DNA of 64,000 bases from Fidelibacterota bacterium MT.SAG.2. GTDB lineage: Bacteria > Fidelibacterota > SORT01. Positions 19,154 to 28,012 of this stretch are shown here, one piece after another. The number at the start of each line of letters is the position of its first letter. The stretch's first letter is position 1. The stretch spans positions 7,559-71,558 of the forward strand of contig SORU01000005.1 in NCBI GenBank assembly GCA_004402915.1, written 5' to 3'. Under the pieces are notes generated by a model. It saw only the letters and a list, made by a program, of their open reading frames with translations. It was not told the origin of the DNA and did no database searches. The position numbers and the translations under genes are program-made.

Positions 19154-19600
19154 GCGCGTGAATAGGTAAAGTAAACTTTAATCTCAACTTTTGATATATT
19201 CGGAATGTCAAAGGAGATGTTAGTCTCAGGGTTGAAGGGATTCGGAACATTTAGGTTTAGTGAAAATCCCTCCGGTACGTTTCCTGAACCCTTACGAGTT
19301 ATTTTGAAAGGTCCACAAACTCCCAAAAACCCAGTGATTGCGCTTTTATTTGAAAATGGAGAAAGCTTGTTACCATCATCCTTTGCTTTTAACTTGTAAA
19401 AAAAGTATAGGAGCTTCCCTCCGCATCAACGCTGCAATCAACCCAACTTGTGACATTCTTGCCTAAAGTTGCAACAAGCGAACCATTCCTGTAAATCTTA
19501 TACTCTTTTAGATCAGGAATATCCAATCGATCCCAGCAGAACTGAAATAAAGAAAATAAGTTATTTTTAACCCACTTTTCACGATGGTCGAACCTGAAAC
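19150..19600 (-). pseudogene. decayed FN3-like plus truncated T9SS C-terminal-domain gene remnant
   Basis: On the minus strand one frame reads ...DLKEYKIYRNGSLVATLGKNVTSWVDCSVDAEGSSYTFFTS*. After a shift inside a T-run it continues KAKDDGNKLSPFSNKSAIT...[41 protein letters not shown]. The sorting domain is cut off after its first third. Confidence 0.55.
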
Positions 19601-19608
19601 GGCTCTTG

Positions 19609-20211
19609 TTAATTCAGGTTTAACGATTTTATGTTTTTTGGATTCGTCATTGCTTTATAAAAAAGCGTAAGAGGGAAGCCCATAACGTTTTCGTAGGAAC
19701 CTTCGATCTTTTTCACGAATACGGCGGTTTTATCCTGAATTCCGTAAGCGCCCGCTTTATCGAATGGTTTGTCGATTGAAATGTATCTTTTTATTTCCTC
19801 GTCAGATTGCTCTTTAAAAAATACTTTAGTCGTTTCTACAGCTGAAATATAACGTTCTTCAGGAGTCGAATAGACACAAAACGCGGTGATTACACTGTGC
19901 ATTTTGCCGCTGAGTTTACGCAGCATTCTGAATGCGTCAGCCGGATCAGCCGGTTTACCTAAAACCTCTTCATCCAATACCACTACAGTATCAGCGCCGA
20001 CGATGATGCCGTCTTCTATCTTTTCTGAAACGCTTTTTGCCTTGAGTTCCGCAAACGATTTGATATTCTCTTCAGTGGAGAGTGAAGCATCAAAGACTTC
20101 CGGCAATGTAGATGGAATTACCTCCGGATGCAGTCCGAGCTGTTCAAGGAGTTTTAGTCTTCTCGGCGATTGAGACGCGAGAATAAGTCTTCTGCTGAAA
20201 TTCAGAATCAA
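19609..20211 (-). CDS. maf: Maf family nucleoside triphosphate pyrophosphatase
   Basis: LILASQSPRR..LL...G and GAYGIQ motifs are present. Confidence 0.9.
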   Translation of the reverse strand: MILNFSRRLILASQSPRRLKLLEQLGLHPEVIPSTLPEVFDASLSTEENIKSFAELKAKSVSEKIEDGIIVGADTVVVLDEEVLGKPADPADAFRMLRKLSGKMHSVITAFCVYSTPEERYISAVETTKVFFKEQSDEEIKRYISIDKPFDKAGAYGIQDKTAVFVKKIEGSYENVMGFPLTLFYKAMTNPKNIKSLNLN

Positions 20212-20477
20212 GTAACGTATTCTGCGGAATATTTCCTGATACTGCGGAGAAGCTCTTTTTCGGTGACTTTATTTTTAAATTCTAAGTTCCCGTCGATCTC
20301 AATAACAGGAATCTCAATACCGTATTTCATCATCAGGTCGTCACTTTGAGTAATATCAACGGTTTCAAGCGTGAATTTTAATTTTTTCGCTGCTCGTTTC
20401 ACGATTTCCAATGCAACATCGCAGAGATGACAATTCTCTTTTGTGTAGAATCTCAGGAGTGGATAATGTTTTGTCAT
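20208..20477 (-). CDS. glutaredoxin-like (DUF836/thioredoxin fold) protein
   Basis: The 89-aa protein has the CxxC context YTKENCHLCD. Confidence 0.65.
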   Translation of the reverse strand: MTKHYPLLRFYTKENCHLCDVALEIVKRAAKKLKFTLETVDITQSDDLMMKYGIEIPVIEIDGNLEFKNKVTEKELLRSIRKYSAEYVT

Positions 20478-23400
20478 CTGGCGATAGCGAGTTTTTCGAG
20501 TACTTCTTGCCAGTTGCCCGTTTGCGATGATTTGGCTCTGAGCCTGTAAATGTATACACCGTTGGCGATCCGGTCGCGTACCTCATCGGTGCCGTCCCAT
20601 CTGATCGATTGAAAGCCTACTGAAACGGCGGAATAATCCTGAATCTTCCTTATCAATCTGCCTGCAACGGTGTAAATGCTTATCTCCACAACATCGGCGG
20701 GATGAGTCAGGTAAAAGGTGAAATCCGTTGATACAGTCATAGGATTCGGGTAATTATAGACTCGTTCGATGGCGAGCTCTTCGCTTGATGAAATGTTGAA
20801 GACAACAGTCTCTTCAGTAAAATTATTGTAACTGTCCCAGGCTTTGACTGTAACGGAATGTTCGCCCTTATCAAGAGGGGGCATAGGATATCTTAAAGTA
20901 CCTTTTTGATAGCTGTCGATGTCATACTCGAAAAATTGAGTAACGTTAAATTTAGAATTAAGTTCGTTGTCAATTGTCAGCGTGATCTTGTGACCGACCT
21001 CTTCGGCGAGATTGATGCCGTTATCATCATTTATGATAACTTCCAATGTAGCATCTGGAGGAATGATGTCACCCGAGCGGAAATATAATTCCTCGAATCC
21101 TATTGCGATGTCGGGACCTAAATCATCACTGCTTACATTCGCTGTGCCATCGTATTCAATTCCGTTTAGAGAACCGGCGCCGTCCATACCCGTCTTTTCA
21201 TCCCACCAATAAACAATGCCCCTTCCGCTGCTGCCACCGTAATTAATATCTCGTGGTACGATAAAGGTACTCGAGAAACTATCCCCGACTGCGCTAACAG
21301 GTCCGCTGAAAATACGGGAGCCGGGCAGCTTGTATTTTACCGAACCGGTAATGCCGTTATGAGTTTCACTGCGAGTCACCGGAACCACCGAATCGAAGAT
21401 ATTGACAGCCACGGAGACCGTGGCGGAAGAAAGTTTATCACCATTCTCGTCAAGAATTTTTCCTGAAATACTTGCTTTGCCGAGAGCTTGCAGCGTACGC
21501 GGATCAGTTTCATTCACAATAGCCCTGCCTTTGGGCAGCGTTACTCTCATCGTAGGATCACCGAGGTAGTGATATTTCTGGTCGTTGCTCGCTTCACCGT
21601 GTGCAATTTTACCTGACAGTAAAGCTGTTCCGATTCGAGTAGTGTTGCTGGAAAATGGATGGTCGGGAAGCAATTTTCTGAAAAAGTGTACGGTTATTCG
21701 TTTATTAGCGCCTGAATAAACCAATCTTGAAGCCGCAAACATTCCGATTGCGCCGTTTTGCTTCTGCACGAGCAGGTCCTCAGCCATCGATTGAATGTTG
21801 GGATCGTCGTAACGTCCGAATTCGCAGGTTCCTGCCACCCATACCGGCAGTTTCATTCCTGTATCGATGATGTTCAGGTCTCTGTCGCTGGAGAGTAGTC
21901 GCTCCTGAGCGAGAACCGTAGGTCCGCCATGACCGATATACACAAGAAAAGAAGTACCTCTATTCAGTTGTTCGAGGAGAGCTTGTGTGGCATCAGGTTT
22001 TCTAACGCCGAAAACGGCCGCATCCGTATCAACTTTGTATTCGGTCAGATATATTTTGCGTATATCGCTGGTTTGCGGAAAAAATCCTACTATTATTTCT
22101 GATTGACCTATATGCTCTGTTTCGGCGCCACTTGAGGGTCTGAAAAGATCGTCAGCCACTATTGTCAAGGTATTCTTCCAATTACCGAAAATAGGTTCAC
22201 TTTCGTAAAGAATTAGTTTTTCGACATAATTTTCCGCATCTTCGGCAGTTCTTGCGACAATTCTGCCCATAGCGAGATCGGCGATTATATCATTTCCGGA
22301 AATGAACGCGAAGTGATCGTCCGCCGCACGCGAATTTATATAACTTATGTGGTTACCTAAAGTCGTAGTGTCGTCAATAAGTTGATACGTCATAACAAAA
22401 GTTGTTGATTCCCCTGTAATGTTACGGTAATCATAATCGCCATCCCCGAATAGCAAAGCAAAACTTGGTTTGGGTTCGTTCCAATTTTCATATGCATGCT
22501 TGAAGAAGTAACGAAGAGCCATCGGATCGGTCTGACCCGCTGAAAACTCAAGTATGATATCGTCAATATCATATACGGTCGTATTAAGCCTGTCTTTCGG
22601 AGCTGCTTCAGACATCCTGTATGTTGCAAGACGATCTGCCGACTCACGAAAATCTTTGTGCGTAACTATGATATATTCCGCCTGTGTGTTGGTTATTCTT
22701 GCCTTGGGAGTGTCAAAACTTTCAACTTTTCCAATCTCGTAAACGCTTAGATAATTTGAAGCAGCAGAGAGATAATATTCGGATGGCACCGAGTCGCTCA
22801 TCTTTTCCTGCCAGATTATGTTTGTAGCCGTAAGCTCGGAGGGAATCACCCTGTAAGTCGATTCGAGATCGGTCACGTTATATATTTCCACATCGGTCGA
22901 GCTGAATCCCGAAGCGATGAATGAAATTAAGCCGGATTTACCGGGACTAAAAAAATGCAGCTTGTCCGACTCGGCTTTCAATTCTCTTTTATAGCGTATT
23001 TCAAGCCAGTCATAATATACTTTTGACGGTGAATCGGCTCCTTCCCACTCTAAGGTGAAGTTGTTCACGCCTGAAGAGAGAAAGTCTGCAATCATGGTTT
23101 TTTTGACAACATTAGTACTGTATTTGCTTACAGATTTAGAAACTAAGATCGACTTGCTACCGAGCTTTAGACTGAGTCTGCCTCCGAATTTGCTATCTTC
23201 AACTCCGCTTCGCAGGCGTAAACGGAAGTTTACTTGCTCGTTGGTTATCAGATCGTTAAGCGTAAGGGGAAGTTGACTGACAGCCGTCCTGCCGGAAAGA
23301 CTTACACCGAAGAATCCTGTTCCCGTTCTTAGGAAATTAATAATATCCTCTTCGTGGTGTAGATATGCGTCGTATTGCGAAATAGAACTGTCCGGACTGA

Positions 23401-24520
23401 TTGAGGATGTTGATACAGATTGCATTTCCAATCCAGGCGAACTGCCTGACGGCGCAACATTCAGCCAATAAGCAGAGAAAGATGAATACGGATTTTGTGA
23501 ATAATGAATATGGTCTTTCGATTTATTGTATTCCCATCCTGAAGATCCTTTGCCGTAAAAAACTATTTCCTCTCCCGAATCAAATATTCCGTTAGGATTG
23601 GAGTCTTTCCGCCATAAAGGAATTTCTTTGAGGTTGGGAGTGACTTCAGCGCCTATTTTACCATCCATAACTCTACCCTCGAAAAAGGGTGAGAATAGTT
23701 TGATACGCTCAAAGTCTATACCTGTAATGTTCACACCAAATGATTCTAATTCCTCAGTAGTTATTTTATAAATGCCATCTTCAAAAAGGCTTATCTTATA
23801 CCAATCACCGGGTCCGGAAGAGCTGCTTTTACTGAATGAACGTATAGCTTTATGCTTCTTAAGCCATTTTTTTGATTGTTTGAAATTAAGCAGTGCGGAA
23901 CCGTAAAGCTCATTTTCGGCAGCGGATAAGATTTGAGGAGATTTGTCTTTGCTTTTACCGCCGAAAGAAATATCAACAGAGATTTCATTATAAAGATCCA
24001 GACCTCCCGAACTCTTTGAAACTTCATAGGGAATTATAATAACTTTATATATTTTTTGTTGACGAAAATAACCGGCATTCTGCAATTGTACGCTTTTTAT
24101 CTTGAGGTCAGAATATGAAGAAAGATCATTGTTGTCGAACATGAGAAAAGGAATACCATTCACCCTCTTGATAGTGTTCGGAATTCGAACGAGTTCACCT
24201 GAAAGAAAACGCCCGCCCTTTTTTGTGATATTCGTGATAGCCGGAGTAGCATCTTCGGGAACGCCGAACGTGAAAACAGCCGCAGGCAGCGCAGGCTCTC
24301 CCGGTTTTCCAAGAATAGTCGTTGCTTCGTTAAAAGAGAGCTCTATCCTTCCCGAGTTATCTTTGTTGCTTTTGAAATCAGGCCTGATGGTGATGGAAAT
24401 TCCATTGTCCGTGGAGACAATGTTCAGGCGTTTTAGTTCCGATTTCGGGGTAAGAAACGGCTCAACTCCGGTTTTTGGACTGATTTGCAGCAGTGTAAAA
24501 AGTAGAAGTGGTATAATCAT
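20474..24520 (-). CDS. porU: C25 (gingipain-like) cysteine peptidase, probable T9SS sortase PorU
   Basis: The 1348-aa protein has a signal peptide and a central region with VYIGHGGP and VWVAGTCEFGRYDDP (His/Cys dyad context). Its C-terminal beta-sandwich resembles a T9SS sorting domain (NYPNPMTV...GVYIYRLRAK). Confidence 0.55.
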   Translation of the reverse strand: MIIPLLLFTLLQISPKTGVEPFLTPKSELKRLNIVSTDNGISITIRPDFKSNKDNSGRIELSFNEATTILGKPGEPALPAAVFTFGVPEDATPAITNITKKGGRFLSGELVRIPNTIKRVNGIPFLMFDNNDLSSYSDLKIKSVQLQNAGYFRQQKIYKVIIIPYEVSKSSGGLDLYNEISVDISFGGKSKDKSPQILSAAENELYGSALLNFKQSKKWLKKHKAIRSFSKSSSSGPGDWYKISLFEDGIYKITTEELESFGVNITGIDFERIKLFSPFFEGRVMDGKIGAEVTPNLKEIPLWRKDSNPNGIFDSGEEIVFYGKGSSGWEYNKSKDHIHYSQNPYSSFSAYWLNVAPSGSSPGLEMQSVSTSSISPDSSISQYDAYLHHEEDIINFLRTGTGFFGVSLSGRTAVSQLPLTLNDLITNEQVNFRLRLRSGVEDSKFGGRLSLKLGSKSILVSKSVSKYSTNVVKKTMIADFLSSGVNNFTLEWEGADSPSKVYYDWLEIRYKRELKAESDKLHFFSPGKSGLISFIASGFSSTDVEIYNVTDLESTYRVIPSELTATNIIWQEKMSDSVPSEYYLSAASNYLSVYEIGKVESFDTPKARITNTQAEYIIVTHKDFRESADRLATYRMSEAAPKDRLNTTVYDIDDIILEFSAGQTDPMALRYFFKHAYENWNEPKPSFALLFGDGDYDYRNITGESTTFVMTYQLIDDTTTLGNHISYINSRAADDHFAFISGNDIIADLAMGRIVARTAEDAENYVEKLILYESEPIFGNWKNTLTIVADDLFRPSSGAETEHIGQSEIIVGFFPQTSDIRKIYLTEYKVDTDAAVFGVRKPDATQALLEQLNRGTSFLVYIGHGGPTVLAQERLLSSDRDLNIIDTGMKLPVWVAGTCEFGRYDDPNIQSMAEDLLVQKQNGAIGMFAASRLVYSGANKRITVHFFRKLLPDHPFSSNTTRIGTALLSGKIAHGEASNDQKYHYLGDPTMRVTLPKGRAIVNETDPRTLQALGKASISGKILDENGDKLSSATVSVAVNIFDSVVPVTRSETHNGITGSVKYKLPGSRIFSGPVSAVGDSFSSTFIVPRDINYGGSSGRGIVYWWDEKTGMDGAGSLNGIEYDGTANVSSDDLGPDIAIGFEELYFRSGDIIPPDATLEVIINDDNGINLAEEVGHKITLTIDNELNSKFNVTQFFEYDIDSYQKGTLRYPMPPLDKGEHSVTVKAWDSYNNFTEETVVFNISSSEELAIERVYNYPNPMTVSTDFTFYLTHPADVVEISIYTVAGRLIRKIQDYSAVSVGFQSIRWDGTDEVRDRIANGVYIYRLRAKSSQTGNWQEVLEKLAIAR

Positions 24521-24833
24521 ACTGCCTCAATGAGGAAATAATTAGCCAAATAATAAACCGAACGCATGATTTGCCGTTCGGTGTGCTCCGAATAACGCAA
24601 CAAAAACATCTAACCCTCCAACTTAAGTTCTTCGTTTAGATAAAATTCTGTAGCGTTTTTTCTGTATACCCTCAATTTAGCGGGACTAATATATCTTAAT
24701 GGTTTTACTTTGTCAAGTTCATTTAGTTCCATAGCCGCTTCAATTCCTTAAGTGTGATTGTAAAATGTAAATATTAACCCTTCCTAATTTATGTAATGTG
24801 GTTTACATTAAATCACTGAATAAGATTATTAAT

Positions 24834-25403
24834 ATGACCAAAAATTTAAAGGATTTTGAGACTGTGGAAAATTTAATAAAAGAATTGCTCTTGAAGTTGG
24901 GCGAAGATCCCGATAGAGAAGGACTGCTGAAAACTCCTTCAAGAGTGGCAAAATCTTTGAATTATTTGACTAAAGGATATAACGAGAGCGTAGAGGAAGT
25001 AGTTAACGGAGCGCTGTTTAACGAGGATTTAGACGAAATGGTTATAATCCGGGATATAGATATTTTCAGCATGTGTGAGCATCACATGCTTCCATTCTTC
25101 GGGAAATGTCATGTAGCCTATCTTCCAAATAAAAAAATTATAGGTCTAAGCAAAATTCCGAGGATTGTAGAGATTTTCGCCCGTCGGTTACAAGTACAGG
25201 AGCGCCTGACCACCCAAATAGCAGAAGCGATAAACAATTCCGTAAAACCTCATGGAGTCGCTGTAACAATAGAAGCAACACATCTTTGTACTGTTATGCG
25301 GGGAGTTGAAAAACAAAATACTGTGGCGATAACGAGTGCTATGCTCGGAAAATTCAAGACCGATTCAAAATCAAGATCGGAATTCCTTTCAATGATTCAG
25401 TGA
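24834..25403 (+). CDS. folE: GTP cyclohydrolase I (FolE)
   Basis: The CEHHMLPF motif is present. The start is taken at MTKNLKDF, 12 codons inside the called ORF, giving a typical 189 aa. Confidence 0.9.
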   Translation: MTKNLKDFETVENLIKELLLKLGEDPDREGLLKTPSRVAKSLNYLTKGYNESVEEVVNGALFNEDLDEMVIIRDIDIFSMCEHHMLPFFGKCHVAYLPNKKIIGLSKIPRIVEIFARRLQVQERLTTQIAEAINNSVKPHGVAVTIEATHLCTVMRGVEKQNTVAITSAMLGKFKTDSKSRSEFLSMIQ

Positions 25404-25412
25404 GCCTTTTGA

Positions 25413-26129
25413 GTGATCGATTTGGCAGATGAAACTTTAATCCGGGAAGAGTGGACTGCTGTTGACTCGACGGCGGAGCTGCGGATTCTCTTCAGTGGAG
25501 GGATTGAAAGCGCAGTCCTCATGGGAGAAGCGATCGAAGCAGGTATGGAACCAATTCCGGTTTATGTTGCAACCGGTACGAGATGGGAGAAAACAGAGCT
25601 GAAATCGGCAAATATCTACCTCGAGACATTAGAAGTCGGATTATCGGATAAAATGTTAATTCGTAAATATATTCCGGGTGATGATGAAAAGCATTGGGCA
25701 TATAACAAAGGCGGCTACCCCCTCGCGGAAGATGACGTTCAAACATTAGAAATTTCCGGAAGAAATGAAACTTTATTAAGAGAAGCCGTACGTTTTGGGG
25801 AAGATGACCGAAAGTTGATCCTCGTTATAGGAACCACAGCGGATAATCATTTTAAGGACGGAGATCGTCAGTATTTTGACATGATGGAGACCACGCTTTC
25901 AGCACAACGGCGTTCAAGAGTGACCATATTGACTCCGTTGAAGGGGCTTACGAAGAGTGACGTAATTAAAAGAGGAAAGCGTTTTCCGCTTGGTTTGACG
26001 CTGTCATGTGTTGCTCCGCTTGACGGAAAAGCATGTGGTGTATGTATAAAATGTGCTTCAAGAGCTGCCGCATTCTTGGCGGCAGAAGTAATAGATAAAT
26101 ATGAAATGGAGGAATTGAATGAATCTTAA
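25413..26129 (+). CDS. divergent QueC-like PP-loop ATPase (7-cyano-7-deazaguanine synthase family)
   Basis: It has the PP-loop variant FSGGIES, GRNETLL, and the C-terminal zinc cluster SCV...CGVCIKCASRAAAF, in the same order as QueC. Confidence 0.55.
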   Translation: MIDLADETLIREEWTAVDSTAELRILFSGGIESAVLMGEAIEAGMEPIPVYVATGTRWEKTELKSANIYLETLEVGLSDKMLIRKYIPGDDEKHWAYNKGGYPLAEDDVQTLEISGRNETLLREAVRFGEDDRKLILVIGTTADNHFKDGDRQYFDMMETTLSAQRRSRVTILTPLKGLTKSDVIKRGKRFPLGLTLSCVAPLDGKACGVCIKCASRAAAFLAAEVIDKYEMEELNES

Positions 26130-26574
26130 GGTTGGAGATAAAGCGCCCGGTTTCAGTTTAAGGGATCAAAATGGAAATAGTGTTTCCCTTGACGGCTATT
26201 TAGGAAAGAAAGTTATAGTTTTTTTCTACCCAAAGGATGATACTCCCGGATGTACTGTCGAAGTATGCAATTTCCGGGATGATTTTGAGTTATACGAGGA
26301 AAAGAATGCCGTACTCTTGGGAATTAGCAAAGATGGGGAGGAATCTCACAAAAAATTCATAAGTAAATTCAATCTACCCTTCACACTTTTATGTGATGAA
26401 GACCATGCTGTTGTTGAGGCATATGGCGCGTGGGGTGAAAAAAGCATGTATGGAAGAAAATATATGGGGATCGTCCGGACTACGGTCGTGGTGGATGCCG
26501 AAGGCAATGTAGAGCAGATTTATGAAAAAGTTAAACCAAAGGATCATAGTAAAGAGTTGCTCGGAGTGCTCTGA
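26119..26574 (+). CDS. bcp: thioredoxin-dependent thiol peroxidase Bcp
   Basis: FFYPKDDTPGCTVEVC is present. Confidence 0.9.
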   Translation: MNLKVGDKAPGFSLRDQNGNSVSLDGYLGKKVIVFFYPKDDTPGCTVEVCNFRDDFELYEEKNAVLLGISKDGEESHKKFISKFNLPFTLLCDEDHAVVEAYGAWGEKSMYGRKYMGIVRTTVVVDAEGNVEQIYEKVKPKDHSKELLGVL

Positions 26575-26654
26575 TTTATTATTGCACGACAAAAAATCCC
26601 TTGCAAGAAGTTAAGAATAATAGTAAATTTCTTGGCTTAAAATGAGTTGAGGAA

Positions 26655-27992
26655 ATGTTTGAACAACTGAGTGAAAGATTCGCTGAAATAACGAAAAATC
26701 TTCGAGGCATGGGGAAGATAACGGAGAAAAACGTCTCCGAAACCTTAAGGTCAGTGCGTCGCACATTGCTCGAAGCAGATGTAAATTACAAGATAGCCAA
26801 AGAATTCACTGAATCTATTAAGTTGAAAGCTATGGGCGATAAAGTTCTTAAGTCTATTTCTCCGGGTCAGCAATTCGTGAAAATTATACACAGTGAACTC
26901 GTTGAACTCATGGGTGGCGCCTCGGTAAAGGAACCGGAACTAAAGGGAAAGATACCTCACATCGTCATGGTAGTTGGGTTGCAAGGCTCGGGGAAGACCA
27001 CTTTTGTGGCTAAATATGCCAATCGATTGATGAAATCAGGTAGAAAACCGTTGTTGGTAGCGGCAGATGTATATCGGCCTGCGGCGGTAGAACAGCTCAG
27101 TCAACTTGCGAAACAAATCGGCGCGGAACTGTTTTCGAATAAAGGGGATTCACCGTTAAAACTTTCAAAAGATGCCGTTAAACAAGCGCTAAAAGATAAC
27201 TTGGATGTCGTAATAATTGACACTGCAGGAAGGCTTCAGATCGATTCTTCAATGATGGAAGAACTTCGTCAAATAAAAGACAGCGTTAAGCCGGAACTGA
27301 TTTTATTTGTGGCTGACGGCATGAGTGGACAAGACGCGGTAAACGCGGCAAGCGAGTTTGCAGCACAGGTAGATTTTGACGGAGTTGTTCTGACAAAACT
27401 TGACGGTGATGCGCGCGGCGGCGCGGCTCTCTCAATTCGTGCGGCGACAAATAAACCGATAGTTTACGCAAGCATGGGTGAGTCAATAGATACGCTCGAA
27501 CTTTTCCATCCCGACAGGATGGCGGGTAGAATTCTCGGAATGGGCGATGTAGTGACTCTTGTTGAAAAGGCGCAGTCCGTCGTTGATGAAGAGAGCGCCA
27601 AGAGAATGGAAGAGAAGCTGATAAAGCAAACTTTCACTCTCGAAGATTTTCTCGAACAGCTCGACGCTATAAAGAAAATGGGTCCGATGCAGGATATTTT
27701 GGGTATGATCCCGGGAATAGGAAATAAAATGAAAGATGTCCAGGTTGATGATCGCGCATTGGCAAGAACGGAAGCGATAATCTTATCAATGACCCCGGCT
27801 GAACGGAATAAACCCGGTTTGATAGACGGAAGCAGGCGAAAAAGAATTTCAAAGGGAAGCGGTACCTCGTTGAATGAAGTGAATAAAGTATTAAAACAAT
27901 TTAATCAAATGCAAAAAATGATGAAGATGGTCGGGTCAGGGAAAATGCCCCGCGGTATGGGAATTCCCGGTCAGGCGATGTATTCAAGATAA
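26655..27992 (+). CDS. ffh: signal recognition particle protein Ffh
   Basis: GLQGSGKTT, DTAGR and KLDGDARGGAALS motifs are present, with a Met-rich C-terminus. Confidence 0.95.
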   Translation: MFEQLSERFAEITKNLRGMGKITEKNVSETLRSVRRTLLEADVNYKIAKEFTESIKLKAMGDKVLKSISPGQQFVKIIHSELVELMGGASVKEPELKGKIPHIVMVVGLQGSGKTTFVAKYANRLMKSGRKPLLVAADVYRPAAVEQLSQLAKQIGAELFSNKGDSPLKLSKDAVKQALKDNLDVVIIDTAGRLQIDSSMMEELRQIKDSVKPELILFVADGMSGQDAVNAASEFAAQVDFDGVVLTKLDGDARGGAALSIRAATNKPIVYASMGESIDTLELFHPDRMAGRILGMGDVVTLVEKAQSVVDEESAKRMEEKLIKQTFTLEDFLEQLDAIKKMGPMQDILGMIPGIGNKMKDVQVDDRALARTEAIILSMTPAERNKPGLIDGSRRKRISKGSGTSLNEVNKVLKQFNQMQKMMKMVGSGKMPRGMGIPGQAMYSR

Positions 27993-28012
27993 TTTTAATA
28001 AGGAGAAAATAA

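Noticed and set aside
25413-26129. QueC-like gene as part of a Qat- or Dpd-type defence system
   Set aside because: None of the partner genes (QatA/B/D, DpdA/B, helicases, TatD-like nucleases) is adjacent, and the neighbours are folE and bcp.
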